From Phoronis australis (taxonomy: Eukaryota; Animalia; Phoronida): a stretch of DNA of 53,120 nt. Numbering within the stretch: position 1 is the stretch's first letter; every line of letters begins with the position of its first letter. Shown here one piece after another: positions 12,188 through 26,501 of the stretch. The position numbers and the translations under genes are program-made. The stretch lies in contig NMRA01000777.1 of assembly GCA_002633005.1 (NCBI GenBank), forward strand, positions 99,323 to 152,442, given 5' to 3'. The notes beneath the pieces were generated by a model. That model saw only the letters and a program-made list of their open reading frames with translations, made no database searches and had not been told where the DNA came from.

Positions 12188-12262
12188 TTTATTCATAAAC
12201 AATTAATACACCTACAGTGTAATACGATAAAGGTAATTTGAATCTAAGAAATAAGATTTATT
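12188..12262 (-). terminator. Candidate polyadenylation signals (AATAAA x2) of the DTHD1-like gene
   Basis: TTTATT on + at 12188-12193 and 12257-12262, about 1.3 kb past the stop, in an AT-rich tract. Confidence 0.4.
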
Positions 12263-13524
12263 AGATAAAAATAAAATTAAAAAAACACAAATCAAATGCC
12301 TTTAACCCTGTGACCAGAAAAAGTTACCACTCATTATAGAACAACATGTTTACAAAACAATGAAAACGCTTACAAAACGTCAAGTGTCTTCCAAGAACCT
12401 TATCACAACTAAGAATAACAAAACTGCTTTTAAGTAACACCAACACAGTGAGTGAAAGCTTGCTTGTGCGTATGTGTGTGAATATATATCACATTCTATT
12501 TCCACGTAAGGAGTCTGTGATCTGTTTATAAGGAATAAATCTATTCCTTATGGGAAATCATCTCAATAAAACATTTATCAAGTTTCCACAGTCTTGTAAT
12601 TATTTCCGCAAATAAGATGATTGGATACAAAGCGAGAGCAGTGAGTATATCGACCTTTTTGCTGACAGATTATCGTGATAAATTGTTCTCCTCACAGCAG
12701 ACAGAAGGAAAAGGAGAGGTTTCCCTTGCGTGTGGGAGATATGAAGAGCAGTAAAAAGGTCTATGGCGGAAAATAAGAAACGTGTTATGAAATAAGGACA
12801 ATTATCAGCGCCAGTTACAAAATTAATATGTCATATAAGTTCGCTTCTGTCCCAAAAGGTTAGTTTATGTACATGAAAGACATATGTGGTTGTACCACAG
12901 GATTACATAAGCAAAAGTAGCATAATTTATACGTGACCTTTTCGATATAGCAACGATAGCAATAGACAAATTTAAACATTGTATACACATTATTAAGAGC
13001 ACAGAAAGAGTATGCAGTAAAGTTAAAAATAAAATTAATTAAAAAGGAATGAAAAAACATTAATTGAATATAACCACTACCTTGACCACTGGTAAATAAA
13101 TACAGAACATGATTTTCTGGCCCATGCAGAATACTTAGACTATTTTCGTAGCCTCTAATTTCCCATTCCATGAATTTATTAACTGCGCATGTCCGAACTT
13201 CCGTGGCCAATCAGTGATTTTCCAAATGGAGAACTAACTCAAGTTCAATCATCTACCCAGCAACTCATTTCGCTCAAACCTAAACGACATTCATGCTTTA
13301 CGCATGATGTCCTCTGAAAGGATGCCTCACCATACTGGAGAAATAACGGACCATTGTTCATTTTGAAAGTCACGTGACCAGCCATAAGCTTGGCAGGTTA
13401 AGAAACAATAAAGGAGAAATTTGAGGCTACGAAAATACCCAAAGTGTTCAGGAGTATCTTATCAATGACGGTCCAGAACTACGTTTTAGAATAGTTTCCT
13501 GTGGTGGATGTAGGCTCGTAGACT

Positions 13525-16500
13525 TCAGGCGTGGCATTGGTGACGTATTTGTTCTACAAAATAACAAGGTAATCATCGTAATACAACACAGAATTTTCCG
13601 AATATGCACAATTACCAGCCAACGAAAACACCAATTAGTTAAATGCTACCACAACTTGTTACATGCAAATGGATAAAGTGACATATCCACTTAAGCAAAA
13701 TACCAAGTAAAACTGCAATACCGGTGAAACTCAGTTCAATAAAATACTTACAAAAATATAAAACTACGATTACTACCTGCAAGTGTATTTTTTCGAAGTT
13801 TCTTTAATGTCGAAGTTAACTTTGTTAGAGTGGCCACTTCCGGGTTGTCTTCGCGCCATTTCATCAACATGTTATAGCACATGTTCCTGGCATTCGTGTG
13901 TTGGTTTTCCAAGTCGGTTATATCTGTTTCATCGATCGACAAGCGGCGCGCGAGTTCTTTCCACTCTTTAACGGTTTCCTTATCTTGTGCTACTTGCAAA
14001 AACGCTTTCCGAAGGTAGCTCTCTGGAAGAACGATAGTTTGCTTCAAATTATGTAACTCCAAACCGTAATTACGGATTTCATTTATCAAAGACGAAGGTA
14101 TATATCACGACAAGTTATGCAATTAATAGCAAATACTCGTGACTGCCACCCTTTTAACCATGTCCGTTTGTCTCCTGCTTTCCATTGCATCATTGTGCCT
14201 TTTGCTTCGTCTATGTTACTAGCTCAGCGCAAACAGAGATCTAATATGAACTCAGCTGACTGCCTCGAGTGAAATTTCGCCGTGCCCATAACCCACATGA
14301 AGGCGTGAAAACACGACAATAATTGAACGAGATTGCCGCTTTTATTCAAACTGCTCACCCCTTGACGTGAGGTACATGTACTCAGTTAACTTTCATGCGA
14401 GACTATCGGCTGAGCTCATAGCTCTCCGTCAGCGCTGAACCTATAGCTACAGTCACAAAGTTGGTTAGCAAGGAAATTTTATTGTTCACGTTAACTCCAT
14501 GTAGCAGTTGTTCACTTTATACAAGATACGAGAATTGTCTCTCCTGAGGTGCGCATGCGTGAATGAATGGATGTACTTGTTTATCAATGATAATAAATAT
14601 ATGAAAAAAGAAAAGGCTCGTGCGAATCTCCCAGATCCTGTGCGAAGTGCAGAATTCGAAGACATTGATGATGGAGGGGTATGTTTTTAAAAATTTCCTT
14701 TGTTAGTTTGCCGCCATTCAACTCGCGAGAGCAGCTTTAAGAAAGTGAACTGTGCTTTTTGATCATAACAAGTTTATGACAACCTTTCGTACAATGTGCT
14801 GATCGCTGATCAAACAAATCTGTTTTACATATCAAATCATAGCACAAGGAAAGCAATAGCCAAACTTTTACTAGAAAACACTGGACATGGAACACGTGGT
14901 TGCTGGTGGTGAAAATGAAGTTATTCAAAAATACAACAAGAATACCTAAATAGTATTGAAGTGATGGGATTTGTAGGCCTATTAAATTTGAACGTCGTGC
15001 ATTTCCTTTCAATTGTTTCCCATGAAGGCATAGGGGGATTTAGGGGCCCCAGCGCCCATGTAGGGACTCAACTAAGATTCCTAAATCTCCTGCGTACTTG
15101 TGGACGTGAGAAATCATTGACTGTCCTTTCTTATGCTGTTTTAGTTTCATTATCTATTCAATTTTTGACTTTGATACAAAACGAGAATGAACTGTGCATG
15201 TTGCATTCTGCATATTGAAAATTAGTAGGGACCTTTTTAAAACATCCTGGATCCGCCCCTGCTGTGGAGTAAAACATGTGCTATTGTGTTACAAATCAAC
15301 TACCTTTGGCGCTAACTGCCCTCTGTTGCTTATAGTCGTCATCCTTATCACGCACATCTTCCACTAGATCAGTTCGCCCACAGCGGTGCAGAGCCTCGCA
15401 AAGGATGGCAACCTGTAAAATGAAATTTAGGCATTATTTTAAAATGAAGCCAAAACGAAACCCGAAACTTTAGCCATGAATCTGCATGTCAACCATTCGC
15501 GTACAGTTAAATATTTGAATATCTAATACGAAATTCTTCAGAAAGACGAAGCCAAAAAGAAACCCGGCTCTTCGGCCATGAATCTGCGTGTCAACCATTC
15601 ACCTACGGTTAAATATCTAATATGAAATTCTTCAAAAAGACGGTCATAGCCTACTCGTGCTTAAAGAACTATCAGAGCCGTGATACCAAATAGCTTGAAC
15701 ATTCACAATTGAAGATGAGTGTTTTTGATCTTGTTCTGAATTGAATTACGATATACTTACAGGGTAAGTACTTAATTCTTCATTTATTTAGCTCGCAACC
15801 TGACCAAGAAGCTAAATTGTATTTCCTCAAATTTCTCCACAAATGTAAAGATTACGACAGTTTCAGTCGATCACTATCAGTGAAGTTGAAAAATGAAAAT
15901 TTTGGCAATAGTTTTTGTGCGAAATAAATTTGCAGTTGATTCATAGGCGGATCCAGGGGGTCAAAGGTGTCTGGATCCCCTTTTTTCCTTAATTTTAGTG
16001 ATATCAAATCCAGAATTTTCAAATTATTGACACGGATCCCCTTTTTAAAAAAATCCTTGATCTGACCCCCTTTTATGAAATCTTGGACCCCCTCCCCCTG
16101 TTGGTAGTTTAAGAGTTTTGAACTCGAGTAGGAGTTCGAGTTCAAACTTGAATACGTAAATTTAGTGTTGAAATAAACAATTTCGTACTTTACACATAAA
16201 TCATCATTTAGTCAAGTTCAACAGAAATATCATAACTAAGTTGTATCAAGTTCGATTTTGTGGATTTGGCTGAAGTAGGTGTCTATAATAACATTCGACT
16301 GATGAAAATTAATTTACCTTATCCACTGACCTGGGCACCCGTTTCGCCCAGGTGACCAGCATGTCGTAAATGGTATCCTCCGCGTGACTGTTGACGTTAT
16401 TCCGTAGAATCGCTTGTAACCTTGTACGTTTAATATTCAGGCTGTGGGCTACCTGTTTCCATTCATCGCCGAGGTAGGTCGCTAGATGCTGCAGCAGGTT

Positions 16501-19500
16501 GTCGTCGATTGGTCCATCTGCTTTAAAGGTGACTGGCACGCGGTGAATGGGTTTAGCAGCTTCTGCGTCGGGCTACAACAGTAAAAATAGGAATAATTAC
16601 CAATATATCTTCTCAGTTGTGTTGGTAGTATTTTGAGCCATGGTTGAACTTATACATACCCGAATTTCACTAAAAAATGACTTCTGTTTTGTTGGCTGAT
16701 TTTTTACCGCACGTAAATGCTGGAAAAGATATTTGCTTGACTTTGAGTTTATTCTGAAAAAATCCATAGGAGGTAATGCGAAATTGCTGGCAAACCGAAG
16801 GAGCTGAAATGAGTGGCAACTGTTTGACAACCATTTTCTACTCCCACAGCCAGCCTCCCGTTCAGTAACGCTAGGACCTCGCTAAAAAGTAAGACTTCGC
16901 GAGATTACGCGAGATATTGCCGTGTATTTCAAATGAGAACACGTGACATTGGATAGGTTTCAGCTAGGGTACTAGCGTAGGTCCTGAACGCACGCCAATT
17001 CTTGGGAGTACTCCCACAACCAGCTCGGGATTCTTCTCACAACTACCTCGCTCGGGGTTAACGACAGTTTTAGATTTCTTCGGCGGCCATTAACAACAAC
17101 GACCCGATTTAGAACCTAAAGGGACACCCCTGACCACCCACTGATTTCTTTTGTATCAAACTGTGTTTACATGTACTTCACGATATGCTGTTCAGGTCGT
17201 TAAGCATATCTGGTTTACTTCGTTTCTTGGCCCGAGCCACTGACAAAGATCGGATGTGGGGACGTCGAGAAGTTCATTTTGGTGGCTCGAAGAGCAAGAC
17301 TTTATATAGCATGTGGTGTACATTAAATGGAGTATTTGATCTTAGTGCAATGAGTAATAGTGAAAGGAATGCCATTTTAGGCAATGTTGCTGACGCTCAA
17401 CTGCTTTACAATTATTCAGATTGAGCCACTTTCCTCTGTGCAGCATATCTAGGAGTACCCTTCAATGATTCGAAGCTCACTATTGAAAATCCCAAGGCTG
17501 TTTGACGCAAAAGATTTGACACCCCGAAAATAACGAATAATACTAAGATCAAGGATGTCTACGGGAGGGCGCACAACCCAAGACGTACCTTTGGTAGACT
17601 AATGAGCTGTTCGCATATGAGTACATCACCGACAACCCATTCAAACTTCGTAGGCTTCTCTTTTTTCGCTCTAGCCTTTTCCTCCTCCGACCACACCGGC
17701 ACCTGGACCATTCCTTTTGTGTAAAACTGAGCAAAGCCTCTATAACAGTCAATGCCCTTTTGTGCAAATTTATCAATTTCAGACACGTACATCGAAAGAG
17801 AGCTCTTCAGGTGCGAACCGTAAACGAATTTAAGAGTAAGTTCTTCTTCGTCACATTGTATGTTACCACGGAAACGTATCTCGATTTCCTGTCCTTCCTT
17901 CATTTCCAAGTCTTTCGTTGGAGACGGCCCTTCTTCGTAACCGTCTTCGCCAAGTTTCCGTAAGTTTCGCTCTACCTTGTTCAAGGCTGAGCATATGACC
18001 GTGATGTCAGTCAAGTCGTCACTTTTTTGCCTCAGCATGATTTGAGTGTATCGCACAGACAGAGAAGTCTCTAGAAGCTTGGCAATGTTTTCTACTTGTT
18101 GAGACTTTACACCCTCTTTTGTCCGCATCACGAAAAACCTATGAATGGAACGAAAAGCAAACAATATCACACAACTAACCCAACTGAACGCTTTTTTCAA
18201 TATACTTCACGATAAAAGTCACTTTTAGCTACCTTCGAACGTGCTCTACGCACAACTTCAGTGTTACGCTGCGGTCCGTAGGTCTAAGATAATCGCGAAG
18301 CACCTCCAGTAAACTGTATCTCATACTTTCCCGTTCCAGCGTCACCGTTTAATCACTTTCCCTTTGGCCGCCATTTTTCTAGGGTAAGCAAGTAAGGTTC
18401 CGAGCATACTCAGGAAAAATACGTGTCTTTCTCTTGCATGATTTTGCGCGGTCTTGTGTGATCCTGCTTTTAGCGACATTCTCGTGTCTATTGAACAAAT
18501 CCCTGAGACTAGACGACATCAACGACTTCCTAAGTTATCTTCAACTTGTTGAACAAATAACGTTTGCACGGATAGCGCATGCCTAAGCGGAGATTTTTAA
18601 GAGATTTGTTATTCTGGTAATCTGTTGGTTGGAAATGTAGGAATTTCATCTGCTGCGAATGAACGATCTTCCGCAGCCTATTGGACAGTTGACGTCTTCC
18701 TCAATCTCTAAAAACTTAAAAAGTCAAATTCTATTGACTTCATACAAGAATCATGCATTTCCGATGCATTATCATTGAACCACAATCATGCAATCCTTCC
18801 TTAGTCCAAAATTAATAAGTATCATGTTCACAGAGCGCAAGTATTTAGGCGCAGCTATTTCAATTTTACCTGTCGACAGGGGCGCTCAGTTCGAACGTAA
18901 TTAGATCTCCTGCCTTCGAATGTGTCAGCTGAGTCTGTTCATCACATTCCCACTCTCCTTGTTCTGACCGTTTAAGCAGGCACACTTCGTCACCCTGCGC
19001 CTCTGTTGGTAAAATGGAATGTAGAATGACACAACGATTAACGCTTTTGGAAGTGACACTCCGTTGAAGATTTGAAAAAAATCATACCTGAAGTAAAATT
19101 TCAACACATTAAATTAAACCTCAACAATTTTGAAAACGCTGGCAAGCGTAACTCACCGTCGTTTTTCTCTCCAAATGATCCCAAACTAAATCCACCACCA
19201 GCAGCTGACATTGGTCGAGCAGACGAGGATTTGGATTGGGATTTTCCCGCATGCGCCGTCTGTGGTCGTTTGGTTTTCACTTGATTTGGCGGAATGGGCA
19301 AAGTAATGGAGATTGGACGAACGAAAGTCCGGTTACGCATGCCCAGATGCACGATCGGACTTGACGACATGAGGGGTGCACACGTGTCCAATTTCCTGGC
19401 CTTTAAATCAGACACTGCAGCAAGTTCAACCGGCTGGACCTGAAAATGGCAAAAGCTTTCATTTGAATGTGTTAACAATAATTTTAACGTTATTGTTTTC

Positions 19501-22500
19501 AGTCAATCTTTTTTAAAATTCATAAATAAGCCTGAGTTGATGAAACGTTGTATATTTGATAGGCTCTTGGTATGCCTGAAAACTAATTTCTTCATTCATT
19601 CGTTTAACGATCAAAGCGTCGTGTGATGTTGATAATCGTATTTCAAATCGTCGTATCACTGATGCCACCAGCCCAGGGCAACAAAATACCTTTTCAAAAC
19701 GGACAGCGAATGCAGACGTCTCTCAGTTGTGGAGAATTGCCTAATTCAGCTGCTGAGGAAATTTAAACTAGTCTTTCTTACTATAACAATCAGCTAGCAA
19801 TGGACTACGTATTTTAACTTTAAGACAAAAATGGTGTGTATGGACAAAAATAATTCAACTATTTTGGCTAAGAGCAGATTTCGAAACATAGCTTTTCAGA
19901 AGCAAAGAATAAAAAATTATATAAAAACAAGTAACCTGTATAATGAAGTCTGTGTTAACTCTGAAGACGCCTGGTCGAACGATCATTTGTATCCTTGAGT
20001 CGACGGAAGAAGTTAATTTTCCGCCCTTCTTTGAAACTGTCATACGCTCAACCTTAAGTCTTGTAACAACAGCAAGAAAACCAAACTTTTTAAGCCGAAC
20101 CGCCACAAATTTTGCTTCCTGAAACAAGCAATCATAAATAATGTAAGTGGACCGGATTGCATATGATTTTAAAACTATCTGCTGGATAAGTGTGTTGGAT
20201 GAGTGTTGCATGAAGTCAAATGCATTGTTCAATAATGACGACGCATCACGTGGTAGTGCAACGTCATTGTTGCTATCCTGCGTATAACTTTTATGCAACC
20301 AGGCTTTGGAGGACATCACGTTCAAACCAAAACGAACGAAAATGACATCCAACTATGCAAAGTAAAAAGTGAAGTGGACATTTCCTGCAATACAAACACT
20401 ATTTCCATTCAATTTCCTTCGACATAAAAATATGCCTCATATCACGCAGAATACAACTCCAACCTTAAACAGATTATATAGGGTATAGCCAAGTAAAAAC
20501 GGTGTTAACATAACCTCAATTTGAATAGGGTTGAACCACCCTTCCAAACTTTGTTGTTCCATTCTTACTTCATCTCTAAATTCCGTATTTGATGGCAGAA
20601 ATGCATGGCTGTCATGCAAGACTAGTTTTGACACCATGCAGTTTGTTAGAGTTCAAAATAATCGGACCACTTCATGATTTTGAAGTTTAGTCGGTGGGTA
20701 GCTAAGAAACATTCTTTTAACTACAGTACGAACACGAATACTAAAATCAGTCAAAATACCCCGTCACAGTTTACCTTAATATCTTCAAACACTACGTCTT
20801 TCGTGTCCATTGTCGTCCATTTTCCATTCGCTGACTTGTACTTAATGACCGGTTCCCGTGCCGCGTTTCTGGGGGCGCAGTGAGGTATTGCAACAGACAT
20901 CGCTTCTTGGAACTGAAAGCAAAGACAAGCATTATATTTGTGTGGTTGAACAGCCGTGAAATGAAACAAAGTCCGACCATAACATGTACTAATCAAACGT
21001 ATACCGGATTTTCCCAGAATATCTCCGCATGTCTGGAATGGCAACAGGCTAGTTGTTGGCCTAACATGATGGAAGTTCGCTTAAGGACACTCGTGGAAAA
21101 CACAATCAGTTGAGTGCAACTATCTTACATCGGACATTATAGTGAGGCGTTGCAATGCAATACTAACGGATGAGTAGATTCGAGAAGGGAAAATGCAGTG
21201 AAAACAACTCCGAAGCCCTACTAATGAAAATGCAGGGTTAAAAAGTGTTTGTCCATTAAATAGTGAAGGCAAAAGAACACATACTTTGAATTCAGCGTCT
21301 TCTTTGGACGGTTTCAACTCGATGACATTACTAACTAGTTCTTCTTGCTCGCCAAGGTCGACAGATTGGTCGATCAGATCGACATTATTGCATATTAAAT
21401 CATCTTTGTCCACGAACGTGTCCGGGTAGTAGCGAACAATGCACTTATAACCTCCGTCAAAGTCACCAGCATCGCACGTATACCTTAAATTACAAAGTGA
21501 AAAAATTCAAAACAAAGAAAATTGGATACAGATAACAACTTTTTTAAATTGGCTTAAATATCACAATTTTGTTTACTCATAAGTCACTTCCTTGTACTAG
21601 CTATATAAACGTGATGCCAAATGTGCCGACTGATGAACTGCATTCTCAAACTGGATTTCCTAAGCAAAGACATTATCCTCGATTGACTTGAGAGTTGTTA
21701 AAGTTTGGGATGGGTTGCAACTCCGTGGACTTCTAGAGCGCTCTGACTCCTGTCGAAGTTAGGTAAGGAATCTTCTTAGATCAATTTTAAGGGATAAGTT
21801 GTCTGGTTTTCAAGATTTTGTTTTTCAGACAGATTAACAGGCGGAAATGCACGTTTTTTGTAACTTGAAATTAATAATCTCTGTGCGACACCAAATTGTT
21901 GGGGTTTCAGCTCACCCAGACGCACTAAACTTGAAATACTCAAACAGTGCACCTAAACGATGAATGACTTCACTTATCAACTCACAGAAATCTCGGCCAA
22001 TTATTTGGGTTCTTCCTAGCCTCCTCTTCTCGTCTCCGTTCTTCTTCAGCCTGTTGCATCGCAAGGCCCTCTGGTGTTCCTTTTAACCTTTCCAATTCGG
22101 CACGTTTTCTTTCTTCCTCCTCCTGACGTTTTGCTTCCTCCTCGGCTTTTTTACGCGCCTTTTCCTCCGCCTTTAGCCGAGCAGCCTCCACTTCCCTCGC
22201 TCTTTCCTCGGCTGCCAATCGTGCTTCCTCCATTCGTTTCGCCGTCTCTTCAGCCTCAATGGCAGCCTCCTGGGCAGCTACAGCTGTTTTTGTGGACACA
22301 TCGGCGGCGAGTGCTGCGCTTTCCCGCGCTTCAGCGACTTCCAATTTTGCCTTCTCCAATTCGGCCGTTGCTTCTGCAGCTTTAGCAAGAATCATTTTGT
22401 TCTCTGCTTCCTGTTGTTTATCTGTAAAGACAAGGATTCCACTTCATAATTGATTTTAAAAGACACTTTCTTTAGATAATCTACCTTTGGCGCAACGACT

Positions 22501-25500
22501 ACAGTAACCTGCTCAAAAATCAATTTAATTTTCAAAATATTTATTTGATTAGTTCTAGAATCGATGGCGTCTAGCGGAATTGGCTGAACTCTAAGATGAG
22601 CCTATTTCATAAATATTTATAATTTTATGGCGCGAGTAGAAACACATTACTACTTAACTCTAGCTGCACATTTGCTTTCACTTCTGAAAATTCGATATTC
22701 GTCATTGAATAATGAACCGTATCTTAGGATACTTCATAGTCGATAATTATCGCATCATTGAAAGGTATTTCATCAGACTTTAACACACATAGGTAACTAC
22801 GAATCGACAACACTAGTGAATCAATCAATCAATCATTTCATTGAGTGTTATACCTAATCCATAATAAGTTTGTGTAATTACTCCTAAGTGCGTTTTGTCA
22901 GGTGCGCCAAAGTCACGACCTAATCTCATTGACATTTCGTTTCGCCATATAAAGCAAGCCGACATGACAAGCCAACTTATCTACCCTGTTCTCAAGCATA
23001 AACAAACTGTCATCTTTTTCTGAAACCCATTAAGTACGTCTGATCGGAGTAAGGGACAAGTTCAGACTAATTTTAAGCTGTAAAGTGGCAATAGGTTACT
23101 TGCACGAGAAATCTATACGGAAGGTGTCACTGAGATGGGCGACTTTTCAAGGCCATATTTACCGTCAGAGGGCGCCTTTTCCGATTTAATTCCCTCCTGG
23201 AAGGTTCACTTTTTAGGGTATGAACTTTCCAAACAAATGCATTTTTGCATCAGAACACTACAGAAGGATTTAAATTTTAATTAAAAGCTTGTTGCATTAA
23301 GATGAATAAAGTCTCAGCAGAAGATTACTGTTTCAAAAATTTTAAATTGTTTAAATAAGCATTTTGTATGGTTTAGACGTCTTACAAAAGGATTATGATA
23401 GGAGAGAAACACTCGCCGAAATGGGAACGTTTTCATACAAGCTCTTAACAAATGGGTTCCTGTAAATTGAGCTCGAGCTGTAAAATAAAAGGCTTCAAAA
23501 AAGTGTAAACTAATCGGTTCAAATCAAAAGTTGATTTTTGACGACAGGTCGTTTTATAGCAGCATTAAATGATCTGACAGGTTTCTCATTTTCTCGCGTT
23601 CCAATTCTCAATAATCTTCTTAAGTTGTCTATAAGGCCGCCTGCCTTCATATTAAAGTTTTGATTTAGATGACTTGAAATTGGTCACAATTTGCTCCTTA
23701 GTTTATTCAGAGGCAATTTAAGGGTTTCGACGGACCCGACACATAGTTATTGCTTAACTGAGACCATGCAGGCTCCAGAAGTTGACTTGTCCCGGCGTGT
23801 CATTTTATGCGCCGACGCTAGTCTCTTCGAATAACGCTTCTTGTAACCCTGCACATCACTAATACTATTATGTTTATCACTATTCTGAGTAGTCCTTGTT
23901 TCGGTCTTGTCACCAAGTGGATTTCCACTGAAGAGAATGTACCAAACGCAATTTATCTCAGCAAGATTTAATGAAACCCTTCCAAAATCTTAAACGTCAA
24001 CAGCAATTTTTTGTATCTAAATCCTGGTAAGTCGCGAACGGAATGTTAATCACGTTGAAACCTCTATAGCAAAATATAATCTAAATCGTCTAGACGTGAC
24101 ATGTTTTCATAAGGTATTTTCAACTAATCGACAAGACTTTACTATGTCAACAAGATAAGCGCTCAGCCATAACCTTTAGCTATGATCCAGCGCTGAAGTG
24201 GTGTGCATTTCAAGTGCAGTTTTTGTTTGCGTTCATTCCCAAATAACGTAAAAATCCGTTGGCGAACCAACACTTTCCACGGGCTTATTTCAATTAAAAG
24301 GCCGATGAAGAAGAAAACAAGTGCACAGAGCGTGGTCAACCAACATATCACATTAGGTATACGGAGACTATGAATCCTCAGTTAAGGCAGTTTACAATGG
24401 CCGAAATACTATTGAGTTGGTTGTGAATGCAAACATTGAATGNCAATTTGTTCCTTAGTTTATTCAGAGGCAATTTAAGGGTTTCGACGGACCCGACACA
24501 TAGTTTTTGCTTAACTGAGACCATGCAGGCTCCAGAAGTTGACTTGTCCCGGCGTGTCATTTTATGCGCCGACGCTAGTCTCTTCGAATAACGCTACTTG
24601 TAACCCTGCACATGACTAATACTATTATGTTTATTAATATTCTGAGTAGTCCTTGTTTCGGTCTTGTCACCAAGTCGATTTCCATTGAAGAGAATGTAGC
24701 AAACGCAATTTATCTCAGCAAGATTTAATGAAACCCTTCCAAAATCTTAAACGTCAACAGCAATTTTTTGTATCTAAATCCTGGTAAGTCGCGAACGGAA
24801 TGTTAATCACGTTGAAACCTCTATAGCAAAATAAAATCTAAATCGTCTAGACGTGACATGTTTTCATAAGGTATTTTCAACTAATCGACAAGACTTTACT
24901 ATGTCAACAAGATAAGCGCTCAGCCATAACCTTTAGCTATGATCCAGCGCTGAAGTGGTGTGCATTTCAAGTGCAGTTTTTGTTTACGTTCATTCCCAAA
25001 TAACGTAAAAATCCGTTGGCGAACCAACACTTTCCACGGGCTTATTTCAATAAAAAGGCCGATGAAGAAGAAAACAAGTGCACAGAGCGTGGTCAACCAA
25101 CACATCACATTAGGTATACGGAGACTATGAATCCTCAGTTAAGGCAGTTTACAATGGCCGAAATACTATTGAGTTGATTGTGAATGCAAACATTGAATGT
25201 TCGAGTGCCTGATTGAATGTTAAGCCATAGAGCTGCTTTCATTACACCACACTCGAGATGGGTCAGCGTTTTGTTTGGCAACCAATCTAGTTTGTTGTGT
25301 TGTTAAATGAGCGTGATGAATGCAAGACCTCGACGCACAGTGTTGGCGCACAAAAATGTCCAATAAAAACACCAATGCAAAAGGCTATAAAATGTTAGTG
25401 TAGTTCAAGCATTTGCGATTATGAAAACACGTACACTCGGCGCTCATTTCGACCCCAAAACGATTATATGTAATGTCAGTACTGTGCTAGCTAAGATCCA

Positions 25501-26501
25501 ATATAAGTACGCATATCGTGAATCCCACGTTAAACTAGTCGAAAGCTTGGCATTTATGAGGAATATTAAACTGATGTGGAGCTGGGGGGCCTAGTCATTC
25601 AACAAGTCATTGTGAGTGAAGAAAAGAAACTGGGAATAGGCTAATGTGAAAAATTAGCTGCCTCATCTCACTTCAACAAAGGCGTATTGATTGAACACTG
25701 AGCCATTAGCAGCCAACAGTGAAAGCTGCGGTAAAGTAAAACGGGACTTGTGGATTGGTTTTTAATTCGCCGTATAAATACAAGCAGACGAGTGCTTCGT
25801 TATAAGCTAGGAAACAGCTCCTACGTAAAACCTAGGGTCCCTGGTGTAAGGGACATCTTGGTTTGCGATGTTAAGTTACATCACAAGACATTGTGCTACT
25901 AATACGAATCAGTTTAGACATAAAGATAAACAAACAATTATCAGAACTGCATGTGATGAACTATACACTTACCGGGTGTGCTATTGCTTTGCTTCCCTGG
26001 CAACCAGGTGTCGAGAGCTTCATCTTTAATTTTCTTCTCTATTCCATGTCTAATCTCGCTCATATAATTCGCTACTTGAGATAAGCTATCGTTCAGAGTG
26101 ATCGCGTAGGATTCGCATCGCTTGTATACCTTAACAAGTTCGGACACCTTGTTTCTAAACTCATCCAATCCATCGTACTCTTTCAAATGAACAGAAAGCA
26201 GGGCTTCTAACTCTCCACTAATGTATTCCTTAGCAATACTGAGCTGCTGTTCCAGTGTCATAGTGGAGTCTATACCCATGTTGTCCTGCTGATTGTTGGT
26301 CACACCAACAATATGACAACCATCATCTGTCTCGGTTACAGTTATCGTTACGTTATCTATTGCTTCGCTGTCGGCAGGAGTCCCATCGATATTTTTTTCT
26401 TGTGATTGATTAATTTCTTCGTTATGCTCGACGGCAGGATCAATATTCTCTTGCGCTTCATTTTCCAGCTCGCCGGGATCACCGCTTGCTTGGTCGGCCA
26501 T
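13525..26501 (-). CDS. DTHD1: Death domain-containing protein 1-like (coiled coil + ZU5-ZU5-UPA-like + two death domains), 12 exons, 1029 aa
   Basis: Exons 26501-25973, 22421-21986, 21483-21285, 20912-20775, 20118-19936, 19439-19157, 19002-18870, 18138-17589, 16572-16318, 15412-15304, 14022-13777, 13553-13525 (TGA). All are GT-AG with matching phases; total 3090 nt. ZU5 signatures EELVSNVIELKP..FQEAMSVAIPH and SSSPIVHL..FVRPISITLP. Death domains LATYLGDEWKQVAHSL..YDMLVTW..LCEALHRCGRTDL and EWKELARRL..CYNMLMKW..LTSTLKKLRKNTLAE. The symbol rests on architecture, not a database search. Confidence 0.88.
15444..15641. repeat. ~100-bp diverged tandem duplication in a DTHD1 intron
   Basis: GAAGCCAAAA..GCCATGAATCTGC..TCAACCATTC..GTTAAATAT..GAAATTCTTCA..AAGACG occurs twice in a row. 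Confidence 0.75.
23687..25199. repeat. 757-bp near-identical direct duplication joined at a single N (probable haplotype/assembly overlap)
   Basis: 23687-24442 ~ 24444-25199 with scattered SNPs; N at 24443 sits exactly at the junction. Confidence 0.85.

Noticed and set aside
22074-22453. Plus-strand ORFs overlapping DTHD1 exon 2
   Set aside because: Antisense shadows of a low-complexity coding exon.
24163-25108. Duplicated 62-aa ORFs with hydrophobic N-termini
   Set aside because: Non-ATG starts, intronic position, and duplicated only because of the 757-bp duplication.
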